Shown here piece by piece: positions 39,104 to 51,050 of a stretch of 64,000 bases of DNA (its first letter is position 1; every line of letters starts with the position of its first letter). The position numbers and the translations under genes are program-made. The notes under the pieces are model-generated. The model worked only from the letters and a program-made list of their open reading frames with translations, was not told the origin of the DNA and ran no database searches. The stretch is from the NCBI RefSeq assembly GCF_963921235.1, contig NC_086097.1, positions 53,694,001 through 53,758,000 of the forward strand, given 5' to 3'. Source of the stretch: Mobula hypostoma (Eukaryota).

Positions 39104-39984
39104 AGATTACTATCCTAGAGGTCCTATTTATCAGCTTTCAGCCACTGGGCTTTGCTGGCTCTTTGAAAGGACATTCACCCTTCATCCATCTTTCTTGCTT
39201 CTTATCTATAATTCTAGAAATGCATCATTAGATTCCAATTAAGATAAATCATAAGATCAGTCTTCACTGCTTTTTAAGGAAGAACATTCCAATTCCAGCA
39301 ACTCGAGAGAAAAGATATTTCTTCTCTTGAAGATTTACCAATAACTTCATTGTATAATGTCTGAGGTAGCATTTCACAGATGTTCATGCCTAACTATTCT
39401 AATGAAAGAGTTGATCAACTGATCAACTGAATTCTGCAGAAGATGTGTTAACAAGACTGCAAATTGATAAAACGCTTATGAATGGGTGACGAAGTGAAGT
39501 TCACCAAAATAATTACTTGGAATTGGCTTTTGACCTTATTGACCTCTCACATTGTTATAGGAAAGTTTAACGGTGATGTTTAGGATCTATGTAAAATGAT
39601 TTTTAATGTGTGGAAGGAATTATGCTCAAAAGATCAAAGTCACAAAACTCATCTGCATGCTCTTCAGTTCAATTACATATTTCCTATGAAGTGGTGACCA
39701 GATCTGTGGGCCAAGCTCAAACTTTGGCCTAATATGCATTGCAGAAAATACAAGGAAGACCTACATGCCCCTACATTCTATATCTCAGCAAATAAAGAAT
39801 ATATGTCTAACCATCTAACTGCCCTGTCTTGCTATCTGTGAGTAATATTTTTACATGTAGATTCCAAGCTCTCTCTTCTTTTCCACACTTTCAATGCTGC
39901 GGATGCAACAGATGTGTTCCCATGCAGGTTTGCTGAAGAGCTTTAGAAAACCAGTCTCTATGAAAGAGAATTACTGTCCAGTGC

Positions 39985-42165
39985 AGCATCATCATGGGAG
40001 CGGTTATTGTGGGAGTGGTCTGAGTCAGATTAGTAAGGCTTTGGCTCAACGAGGCTTTGGCGAGAACAGGCAGAGGCAAGGTAAGTAGGTAAGTTTATTC
40101 CTTATTTCTTACTTCTTTTTTTCTGAATTAATTCTTGAGAGAATAGGGGGTATGTCTACAGAGTCAGTGTTCTGTTCTGGGTGTCAGATGTGGGATTTCC
40201 AGGAGACTTCCAGCCTCCCCAGTAGCCACATCTGTACCAGGTACATCGAGATGCAGTTCCTTAGAGACCATGTTAGGAAACTGGAGCTGCTACTCGATGA
40301 TCTTCAGCTTGTTAGGGAAAGTGAAGTGGTGATAGACAGGAACTATAGGGAGGTAGATACCCCAAGGTGACAGGAGACAGATAAACGGGTGACTGTCAGG
40401 AGAGGGAAGGGAGAACCTCAGATAGCGGAGAGCACTTCTGTGGCTGTCACCCTCAACAATAAGTACTCCATTTTGACTGCTGTTGGGGGAGACGACCTAC
40501 TTCGGGGAAGCAACAGTGGCAGTGCCTCTGGCACTGTGTCTGGCCCTGTGGCTCAGAAGGGTAGGAAAGAGGATGGCAACAGTAATAGGGCACTCTATAG
40601 TCGGGGGACAGGTAGGTGATACTGTGGATGCAAAAAAGAAACATGGATGATAGCTTGCCTCCCAGGTGCCAGGGTTCATGATGTTTCTGAACACTTCCAC
40701 AATATCCTGAAAAGGGAGGGTGAGCAGCCAGAAGTCGTGGCATATATTGGTACCAACGACATATGTAGAGAAAGGGAGGAGGCCCTGAAAACAGAATACA
40801 GGAAGTCAGGAAGGAAGCTGAGAAGCAGGACCTCAAGAGTAGTAATTTTGGGATAGCTGCCTCTGCCATGCAACAGTGAAGATAGGAATAGAATGAGGTA
40901 GCGGATAAATGCGTGGCTGAAGAATTGGAGCAGGGGGCAGGGATTCTAATTGCTGTATCATTGGGATCTCTTCTGGGGCCAGTGTGACCTCTACAAATGG
41001 GACGAGTTGCACTTGAATCCAAGGGGGACCAATATCCTTGCAGGCAGGTTTGCTAGAGCTGTTGGGAATGGTTTAAACTAATATGGCAGGGGGATGGGAA
41101 CCAGAATGATAGAACTGAGGATGAGCCAGCAGGTTTACAAATAAATAATGTAATATGTAATGTGAATGTAAGGAAGGACAAGCCAGTGATTGGGTACAAC
41201 TGCAGACAGGGCAAAGAGTTAAGTTGTACCGCAGAGGCAAAATTCATAAGGGTGAAGAATGCAGGACTTAAGGTGTTGTATCTAGATGCACGTAGCATTT
41301 GGAATAAGGTGGACGAACTTGTGGCACAATTAGAGATTGGTCGGTATGACGTTGTGGGAGATGAAATACAATGTTGGGAAATGCATGATAATGCATTTTG
41401 GTAAAAGGAACAATAGTGTGGACAATTATCAAAGGGGCTTAGGAGTCCCCGAGCAAGACTCTCAATAGGTTAATTCACAGGTTGAGTCTGTGGTAAAGAA
41501 GGCAAATGCAATGTTGGCATGTATTTCAAGGGGAATAGAATATAAAAACAACGAGATAATGCTGAATGCTGAAGCTTTATAAGCCACTAGTCAGGCCGCA
41601 TTTGGAGTACTGTCAACAGTTCTGGTCCCCTTATCTCAGAAAGCACGTATTGTCATTGGAGAGAGTCCAGAGGAGGTTCACGAAGATGATTTCAGGAATG
41701 AAGGGGTTAACATATGAGGAGCGTTTGGCAACTTTGGGCCTGTACTCACTGGAATTTAGAAGAATGTGGGGGGGGGGGTGTGCGGTATCTCATTGAAACC
41801 TACCGAATGTTGAAAGTACTAGATAAGGTAGATGTGGAGAGAATGCTTCCCCTGGTGGAGGTATCCAGAGCTAGAGGGCACAACCTCAAAATTGAGGGGC
41901 GACCTTTTAGAACAGAAGTAAGGGGGAATTCTTTTAGCCAAAGATATGGTGAATCTGTGGAATGCTCTGAAACAGACTGCAGAGGAGGCCAAGCCCGTGG
42001 GTATATTCGAAACAGGTTGATAGATTCCTGATTGGTTGGGGCATCAAGGGATATGTTGATAGGGCAGATGTATGGGGTTGAATGGGATCTGGAAGATGAA
42101 ATGGCGGAGTGGACTCGACAGGCTAAATCTGCTCCTATATCTTGCTGTCCATTGGTCTTATGTCT
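39985..42165 (+). mobile_element. CR1 LINE with 5' UTR and ORF1 (Cys/His finger plus SGNH esterase-like domain); most of ORF2 deleted
   Basis: CSGCQMW..HICT; CLPGARV..VVAYIGTNDI; ORF2 start LYLDARSIWNKVDEL..YDVVG jumps near 41360 to the RT C-terminus (RPHLEYCQQFWSPY). Confidence 0.88.
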
Positions 42166-44248
42166 TGCCATTTATTGTGTCATGTTACGCTACCAAATGC
42201 ATTGCCTCACAATTCTCCAAATCTTTCTAACTGGCAGGATCATCTACTTGTACCAGACCGATGAGTGAACGGAGCAGTTCCATACTGAACGAGCACACAG
42301 CACCGGATTAACACAGAAGAACAAAGAGATTCTACCCACTCAAATTTATATTTGTAAATATCCAAGTAATGTTGGTTCGTACGCTAAATTTACTTTTCAT
42401 CCTGGTTCCTGCAAGTGAGTGTGGGGTCCCAGGTCATCTTGGGGCTGTGTCATGAGTGAGATCGACATTGCTCCAATTAATATTTAGAGCAAGAATGTTA
42501 ATAAATTGGATACAATATGTATAGACTTTTAGAAAGTTGTCAGAATATAATTATCTTGTGGCTTTTAATGAGACAACTTGGTGTCTTTTTCCTTCTTAAG
42601 CAGACCCATGATATCGGAATAACTTGCTTGCAAGCCAGAGCACTGAAGAGCACTGTGTGAGGTATATAGACACCACTACGGTTAGGTTGACGAGGTAGGT
42701 TCACTGAGGTGTTATGTATCCCTTTTGTTGGTTTCCATGTACTCGCATGCTAAAGACTCAATGTTCTCAATGTCATCCCACATGCTCATTTTGTTTAGAG
42801 CGTATTTTGCAGGATCATTATTCATGGTACTTATCCAATACTGTGAGGTACCTATTACAGTTGTCCATGGGTCTAAGGCTTACGGGGAGGCAGGGATCAC
42901 TATTGGCTGTTTTGCACTGGGGCAAGTTGGCACAAAACCTTTGTTCTGTGGATATTTAGTGTAGGCCCTCATCTTCCTGTCTGCTACAAAGAGAAATGAA
43001 TCCTGAGGTTAGATTGATCCTGGTTCTGGACTGGGAATGAAAGCTGAGTAGCTTGTCAGTGCCCTGCTGTAATCTTGTTGGTAATGAAGTCCAGGATTTC
43101 AGCAAGATGAACTGAGAGAGTGTTGGTGCAATGACGTAGGCTTGCTTGACTCACTAATCCCAAAAGAAAAAGTGATTCATCGATGGTTGATGAGAAAAAA
43201 AGAGATTAAAGATAATATTACATCCAGAAGACTGGGGACATTTGAAAACTCAGCAGAAATGGACCAAAAATTGTATAAAACAATGATAGAATTTGAAAAG
43301 AATTTGACAAGATACATGAAAAAAAGGGCAAAAACATTTATAGTACGTAAAAGGAAGGAAGGAAGTGCAAATATGGGTGCCTTGCCTGCAGAGTTCTTTG
43401 AGGAGTGAGTAATAGAAAACTGAAGGGAACTGGTGGTTGTGATGTATTTGAGTTTTCAAAAGCTTTTTTGTAAGTTCCTGTGAAGGAGGTTAATCAACAA
43501 GATCAGGTGACATCAAAATAGGAATCGGTTTTTGGAATGGGAATTAAATTACACTGGACAACAAAGGTTTTACTTCCTGAATACTTTTGGGTGTATCTTG
43601 AGGATTTTGGGCTGCTTTTCATGAAGATCACCACGAATGCTCCCTATCACACACCAGTTTTAAAAATTACTTGATTCATAATTCATCAGAATAACTGATG
43701 CCAAGATTAAGATTGGCATTTTTGTTGATCCACAAATCAAACAGGTCATCAATGACAGGTGGGACAGGAGAAAATTGCATGGATGGCTTTCAAGGATGTT
43801 GTGAAAATTTGCTTGGCAACTACAGCGCTCCAAACTACGTGCAGCTGGTTGACAAAATGCTTCAAGAATACAAAACCATGAAGTGCAACATGTCACTAAA
43901 TATTCATTCTCTGAATTCCCATTTAGACTTCTTCCCTACAAATCCTGGTGCCGTCAAGGTTGAGCATGGTGAAAGGTTTAACCAGGATGTTGTAGTCCTG
44001 GAGAAAGGGAATCAGGGCAATTGAAATCCATCAGTGCTGGCTGATTATCATTGTACACAAGTGAAAAGCCTCAGACACTGAGGACAAATGCAAATCATCA
44101 ACAAAACATTTTTAGTTTAGTTGAACTATTGCAAAGCATTAGCACCATTATGTGAACAACAGGAATTCTGTAGATGCTGGAAATTCAAGCAACACCCATC
44201 AAAGTTGCTGGTGAACGTAGCAGGCCAGGCATCTCTAGGAAGAGGTAG

Positions 44249-44289
44249 AGTCGACGTTTCAGGCTGAGACCCTTCGTCAGGACCAACTG
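44249..44289 (-). ncRNA. Putative minimal hammerhead ribozyme
   Basis: Minus strand reads gtc-CTGACGA-agggtctcagcct-GAAA-cGTC-gac. Confidence 0.65.
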
Positions 44290-45245
44290 AAGGAAGAGTG
44301 AGTAAGAGATTTGAAAGTGAGAGGGGGAGGGGGAGATCCAAAATGATAGGAGAAGATAGGAGGGGCAGGGATGGAGCCAAGAGCTGGACAGGTGATTGGC
44401 AAAGGGGATATGAGAGGATCATGTGACAGGAGGTCCGGGGAGAAAGACAGGGGGCGGGGGGGAACCAGAGGATGGGCAAGGGGTATATTCAGAGGGACAG
44501 AGGGAGAAAAAGGAGAGTAAGTGAAAGAATGTGTGCATAAAAATAAGTAACAGATGGGGTACGAGGGGGAGGTGAGGCATTAGCGGAAGTTAGAGAAGTC
44601 GATGTTCATGCCATCAGGTTGGAGGCTACCCAGACGGAATATAAGGTGTTGTTCCTCCAACCTGAGTGTGGCTTCATCTTTACAGTAGAGGAGGCCGTGG
44701 ATAGACATGTCGGAATGGGAATGGGATGTGGAATTGACATGTCAGAATGGGAATGGGAATGTCCGCCAGAGAAAGCAGGATCTCCCAGTGGCCACACATT
44801 TCAATTCCACATCCCATTCCCATTCTGACATGTCTATCCACAGCCTCCTCTACTGTAAAGATGAAGCCACACTCAGGTTGGAGGAACAACAGCTTATATT
44901 CCTTCTGGGTAGCCTCCAACCTGATGGCATGAACATTGACTTCTCTAACTGCCGCTAATGCCCCACCTCCCCCTCATACCCCATCCGTTATTTATTTTTA
45001 TACACATTCTTTCTCTCACTCTCCTTTTTCTCCCTCTGTCCCTCTGACTATACCCCTTGCCCATCCTCTGGTTCCCCCCGCTCCCTTGTCTTTCGCCCGG
45101 GACCTCCTGTCCCATGATCCTCTCATATCCCCTTTGCCAATCACCTGTCCAGCTCTTGGCTCCATCCCTCCCCTCCTGTCTTCTTCTATCATTTTGGATC
45201 TCCCCCTCCCCCTCCCACTTTTAAATCTCTTACTAACTCTTCCTT

Positions 45246-45287
45246 CAGTTGGTCCTGACGAGGGGTCTCGGCCTGAAACGTCGACTG
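45246..45287 (+). ncRNA. Putative minimal hammerhead ribozyme
   Basis: cagttggtc-CTGACGA-ggggtctcggcct-GAAA-cGTC-gactg. Confidence 0.7.
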
Positions 45288-45705
45288 TACCTCTTCCTAG
45301 AGAAGCTGCCTGGCCTGCTGCGTTCACCAGAACCATTATGTGATTAAACACATTACATTCAATAAAAGTCAATTTCTTGTTTCTCCAGTTCCTACCTGAT
45401 TCAAATAGTCTGAACGTATACATTTGTGTTCAGATTCAAGTGGTCTATCCTAAACAACAAAATGTTGTTGCCGCTTCTCAGGATAACTGGCCATGACTAT
45501 TGGAGTACTCCAGGGATTTGTGCTTGGTTCCTGGCTATTCACAATTTATAGGAACAATTTCAGTTACAAAATCAAATGTCACATTTTGAAGTTTGCTGAT
45601 GTTATTAAACTATGTGAGATCATGAGCATGGAGGAGATTTAAAGAGGCTTCAATGCTATGGCCAAACTGGCTGAATGATGAGAACATGGCAGATGGACTT
45701 CAGCT

Positions 45706-47975
45706 GTAGCACCAGGGATCCCAACACACTAAACCACTGTTATACTAACTTACAGAATGCCTGCCTCTCCATGCCCAGACGACAGTGTGGTAAATCTCAT
45801 CACTTGGCTGTCCATCTCCTACCTGCATACAGGCAGAGGCAAAAGAGCAAAGCTCCAGAAATGATGACAGCAAAGAGGTGGTCATGGGAGGTAGAGGAGT
45901 GGCTACTGGATTGTGGACTGGGCCGTGTTCAAGGATTCATCTGTGGATCTGAATGAATATATCACAGTTGCCACGGTCTTTATTTAAAACAGTTATAGAC
46001 GAGTGTGTCTCCCCAATATCATTCAGTTTTCCCCAATCAGAAGCCCTGAGTGAACCATGAGATCTGCAATCTGCTGAGAGCCAGAACAGAGGTACTCAAG
46101 ATTGGTGACCAAGAAAGTTACAACCTCTGGAAATCTATCTCACAGGTGAAATGACAATTCTGCACTCAACTTCAATCAATGAAGGATGCTCGACAGTTGT
46201 GGCAGGGCTTGAAAACTATCACCCCATATAAAGTTAAATCAAGCAACATTGGTGACAGTGGTGCTTCCCTTCCAAATGAGCTCAATGCCTGCTATCCTCA
46301 CTTTGAACGTCAAAACGTGGAGTAACCATCATGAACTCTCTCAGCCCCAAATGATTCTATGATTTCAGTCTCTGAGGCTGACATGCAAGCAGACGTCAGG
46401 AGGGTGCACCTATGAAAAGCATCTGGCCCAGACTGGGTACCTGGCCCATGTTGATCAAATGGCTGGAGTGTTCACTGAGATCTTTACCCTTTGCTTTAGC
46501 AGTCTGCAGTACGTACCTGCTTCAACCAGGCTTCAATTATACCAGTGCCCAGGAAGAACGTGGTGACCTGCCTCAATAATTATCATCCAGTAGCACTTCC
46601 ATTCACTGTGATGAAGTGTTTTGAGAGGTTGGTGATGAAGCATATCAACTCCTGCCTGAGAAACATCTTAGATATGCACCAATTTGCCTATTGGACCAAT
46701 AGATCCACAGCAGATGCCATTTCATTGGCTCTTCACTCTACCCTGGAACATATAGACAGCAAAGATACATAAATCAGGATGGACAGTATCAACTACAGCT
46801 TGGCACTCAGTACCATCATCCCCTCAAAACTAATTCATAAGGTTCAAGACCTTAGCCTGACTACCTCCCTGTGCAATTGGATCCTCTATTTCCTCACTGG
46901 CAGACCCCAGTCAGTTTGGATTGGCAACAACATCTGCACAATCTCCATCAGCACGGCTGCACCACAAGGCTGCGTGCTTAGCCCCCTGCCCTACTTGCTT
47001 TACACTTCTGACTAGGCACAGCTCCAAAGCCATATTCAAGTTTGCTGCTGACACCACTATTGTTGGTTGAATCAAAGGTAGTGATGAATCAGCATACAGG
47101 AGGGAGATTGAAAATCTGACTGAGTGGTGCCACAACAACCTCTCACTCGATGTCAGCAAGACCAAGGAGCTGACTATTGAACCAGAGGTCCATGAGCTGG
47201 TCCTCATTGGAGGACCAGAGGTGGAGAGGGTCAGCAACTTTAAATTCCTCAGTGTTATTATTTTGGAGGACCTATCCTGGGCCCAGCATGCAAGTGTAAT
47301 GAAGAAGAAAACACAGCAGTGCCTCTAGTTTGCAGGGTTTCAGCATGATATCTAAATCCTTGACAAACTTCCATAGATGTGTAGTGAGAATATATTGACT
47401 GGCTGCTTCACAGCCTGGTATGGAATCACCAATGCCCTTGAATGGAAAATCCTACAAAAAGTAGTGGATATGGCCCAGACCACCATGGGTAAAGTCAACC
47501 CCACCACTGAGGACATCTACATGAAACGTTGTTGCAGGAAAGCAGCAACCGTCATCAAGGATAGCCCATCGCCCAGGTCATGCTCTCTTCTCGTTGCCAT
47601 CATCAGGAGGAAGGTACAGGAGACTCACAACACTAGGTTCAGGAGCAATTATTACTCCTCAACCATCAGGCTTTTGAATCAAAGGAGATAACTTCATTCA
47701 ACTTCATTTGCCCCATCATTGAAATGTTCCCACAACTAATGGACTCACTTTCAAGGACTCTTCATCACTTGTTCTTGATATTTGTTGCTTATTTATTATC
47801 AATATTTATTTTTGTATTTGCACACTGGTTGAATGTCCAAGTTGGTGTGGTCTTCCATTAATTCTTTTATGATTATTATTCATTAGACTTTTTAAGTATG
47901 CCCACAAAAAAATGAATCACAGCATTCGACACGGTGACATATGCACTTTGATAATAAATTTACTTTGACTTTTGG
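45706..47975 (+). mobile_element. Decayed Rex1/Babar LINE inserted in the old CR1
   Basis: [58 protein letters not shown]; tail aataaatttactttgacttttg. Confidence 0.9.
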
Positions 47976-48810
47976 AATATAACATAGAAAAATACAACAT
48001 TAGTACACATAACAGAAATGCAGAGAGTTGTTAACTGCTGGGAGTTCAGGTAGTGGTGTTCAAATATATTTAAGTGTATGTGTACACAAGTTGCCTAAAA
48101 GCAACATGCAAGTATAGCAGAATTAGGAGGATATCTGGTGTGGTAGACTTTACACAGAGAGGATTTGAATACGGGAGTAAGAAAGTCTTATTGCTATTGT
48201 ACACCACATCAATATTATTACGTACTGTCTTGATCAATGGTTATAGAATAAGGTACTTTCAGTAGAGGGAATGGAGCAAAGATTCAGCAGAGTTGTTCCA
48301 GAGATTGTGGGTTGAGTAGATTGAGACCATATGCTCGGAAGTTCAACAACCCACTCCTATTTCTCAGATCAGCCATGATCTTATTGAATGGCAGATTGGG
48401 CTGAATGGGCTCATATGAGTGGAGATCCCATTAAAACATACAAAATATTAAAGAGCTTGACAGGATATAAAGGTGTTTTCTCTGACTGAGGATTGGATTA
48501 AGAAACACAGCTCCAGAATAAAGAACAAGCTACAGTACCTGGTACAGAGATGAGGAGAATACTTGTTCATTTAGAGGGTGTTGAACATTTGGATTTTTAT
48601 GCAGTGAGGGTCGTGAAGGCTCAGTCACTCTACTCAATCAAAACATAATTTAAGGGTATCAGTTGATATAAAGATTATGCAGGAAATAGGAGTAGAAGAC
48701 GAGTCATAATCTTAATGATAAGTGGAACAGAACTAAAAGGTCAGATGACCTATACTTGCTCCTGTATTTTATGATTTATGTCTGCTTTGAAATAAGAGCT
48801 GTGGTGTACC

Positions 48811-48900
48811 ATAAGACCATAAGATATAGCAGCAGAATTAGGCCATTTGGTCCATTGAGTGAGCTCCTCCATTTCAACATGGCTGATGTAATTTTCCTTT
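48811..48900 (-). mobile_element. Very short CR1 3' end
   Basis: accataagaccataagatatagcagcagaattaggccatttgg; gtgtacc repeated at 48804 and 48901. Confidence 0.7.
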
Positions 48901-48935
48901 GTGTACCTTTGGATTAAGATCATTTTGTATATCAT

Positions 48936-49568
48936 ACTGACTCTCACAGCTATCTATCAGCCTACTGACTCTCACAGCTATCTGGACTATTGTCTACTAT
49001 AAGCCTACTGACTCTCACAGCTATCTGGACTATTCCTCTTCTCACCATGTCTCTTGCAAAAATGCCATCCCCTTCTCGCAATTCCTCCGTCTCCGCCACA
49101 TCTGCTCTCAGGATGAGGCTTTTCATTCCAGGACAAGGGAGATGTCCTCCTTTTTTAAAGAAAGGGGTTTCCCTTCCTCCACCATCAACTCTGCTCTCAA
49201 ACGCATCTCCCCCATTTCACTCACATCTGCTCTCACTCCATCCTCCCGCCACCCCACTAGGAATAGGGTTCCCCTGGTCCTCACCTACCACCCCACCAGC
49301 CTGCGGGTCCAACATACTCCGTAACTTCGGCCACCTTCAACGGGATCCCACCACTAAGCACATCTTTCCCTCCCCCACCTCTCTGCTTACCACAGGGATC
49401 GCTCCCTACGCGACTCCCTTGTCCATTCTTCCCCCCCATCCCTCCCCACTGATCTCCCTCCTGGCACTTATCCTTGTAAGCGGAACAAGTGCTACACATG
49501 CCCTTACACTTCCTCCCTTACCACCATTCAGGGCCCCAGACAGTCCTTCCAGGTGAGGCGACACTTCG
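48936..49568 (+). mobile_element. Internal PLE fragment (RT thumb/linker) flanked by a 12-bp TSD
   Basis: YYKPTDSHSYLDY..KNAIPFSQFLRLRHICS..MSSFFKERGFP..RVPLVLTYHP; TSD tttgtatatcat at 48924-48935 and 49569-49580. Confidence 0.9.
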
Positions 49569-50379
49569 TTTGTATATCATTGTTTGGTTGAGAGTGAATG
49601 GTAATGAATTTATGGAACATTCTTGATAATTCCTCTAACTTGACAGAGTCAAAAGCTTTCATGGAGGTCAGAAAAGGCCACATACATTGGTGGGTGCTGC
49701 AAGCCACATTTCTTGCAAAGTTATTGTCATGAAGATAATGTCCTCAGTAGTTCTTATGTATAATGGGAAATGGCTTGGGTCCACTCAGGTTGTGCATGTA
49801 AATACTTGGATGCTGAATAAGTGAGGAAGAGTGAAATTCTTCAGCTGAACCTGTGCTGGATAGTTCACTCTGCACAATCCTTGCTGGCACCTAGCAGAAA
49901 CACAGTATGTTATCAACATCTTGATATTTAGTCGGTTTTGGAGCAAATTGTAGATGTCTATGAATTCTGTTAGGGTGGCATTTCAGAACAACTGCCACCC
50001 ATCCAGCTAATGTGATTACTACTTCAGGGCACAAATGACCTGCTTCGGTGGAGTTCCTGACAGGATGAATGAGCGATGTGTGTTGTGGTTACCCGATGTA
50101 TCTAGTGGTCAGCCTGATACTATGAAAGAAAATGGGTATTAAAGACAGTTCCTGGCGATGGACAGGGATACTGTCAGAAAGCTATGTACAAATCTGAAGA
50201 GTGCACTACCAAAGCAAAATACTATGGCTGCTAGAAACCTAAAATAGAGCACTCAGTAGGATCATATCATGTCTAATCATATTGTTGACATTGAATAGTT
50301 TAAGTTTTCTTTTCTAATGCTATCCTTTTGCCACAAGCACTGCAAGTTTTATTTGGAAAGTCCAAGAGCACGAATTTAA

Positions 50380-51050
50380 GCAGATTCTCCTTAAAAGCAT
50401 CACTAATCTAGCAATTCTATGAAAGGCAGGGTCCATAGCTTAGCACACTCCACTTCAGGAATGAATTGTCTGGCCATGCAGGTGGCGGAATGGATTGAAG
50501 CAGTGTAAAACAGGAAAATAGCGACAAAAGGATGAATTATGAGTGGAAATTATGGCCAACTATAAGGCAGAGGAGTTTGTTAAGAATATAGGGCTACTTT
50601 TCAAAAGCAGTAAGCTCGGCAAAAATGAAGTGAGTGTGAGAAACAGGAAAGTCAAAGACTGAGCCCTTGGGAAGGATGACAATGAGGTGGTTGGTTTACA
50701 CAGAGGCTTGTGGGAGGTCTGACTAAATAGCAAGAACAAAGTAGTGGAACAGAGGGAAAGCCATGATCAAGGGTCAGAAAGGAGCCCCTAGTCTGAGCAA
50801 CACATTGGAAGGTGAGAAAGGTTAGTGTGATTGTAGGGAGCACAGGTATAACCTATGATGTCGAAATTGAGTATGAAGCTGGATAACTGTATGAAGTACA
50901 GTTATACTGGAGAGAAGTAGGCAAAAATGCTAGTCGCAATTTATCAACACAATGGCACAGATTATGGAGGACCTCAGTATCTGAGAGGTTATCGGTGAGG
51001 TGGAAAGGATTCTGAGAGGCAAGAAGGCCTAGAATGTCAGGGACATTAAG
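50380..51050 (-). mobile_element. Possible highly decayed L2/CR1-group LINE
   Basis: Purine-rich + strand with a remnant of a QGS-like motif (gactgagcccttggga); weak evidence. Confidence 0.3.

Larger units (their letters stand above)
35810..39140 (-). mobile_element. CR1 LINE (end of ORF1, APE, partial RT, 3' UTR), interrupted by a PLE at 38866-39103
   Basis: NKSPGPDGVHPRVLKE, GNYRPVNLTSVVGKMLE, PHLEYCEQFW, RRNFFSQRAVNLWNSLP; tail reads (accataag)n on the + strand; internal deletion near 36675. Confidence 0.92.
44156..45331. mobile_element. Head-to-head inverted PLE (Neptune-type) pair, single insertion
   Basis: Arm about 44210-44737 pairs with arm 44801-45330; perfect TSD accattatgtga at 44144-44155 and 45332-45343. 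Confidence 0.93.
43552..45465 (+). mobile_element. Chapaev3-like (CMC superfamily) DNA transposon remnant, internally deleted and split by a PLE palindrome
   Basis: Starts CACTGGACAACAAA; encodes ITDAKIKIGIFVDPQIK, EKIAWMAFKDVV and NLLGNY..NY..LV..ML..YKTMKCNMSLNIHSLNSHLDFFP.NPGAV..EHGERFNQD..LADY; right terminus unclear. Confidence 0.65.
43190..48780 (+). mobile_element. Very old CR1 in three pieces (about 43190-43550, 45470-45705 and 47976-48780)
   Basis: EFFEE..VMYLSFQK | GVLQGFVLG..KFAD..WQMDFS | RGFEYGSKKVLLLLY..3' UTR; the pieces are colinear. Confidence 0.65.

Noticed and set aside
43142..43408. Lys-rich 88-aa ORF
   Set aside because: It runs into EFFEE of the decayed CR1 RT, so it is a LINE remnant.
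48936..49035. Three spaced 20-bp repeats as a CRISPR-like array
   Set aside because: The repeat is PLE coding sequence, the spacers are short and derived from the same element, the context is eukaryotic and there are no cas genes.
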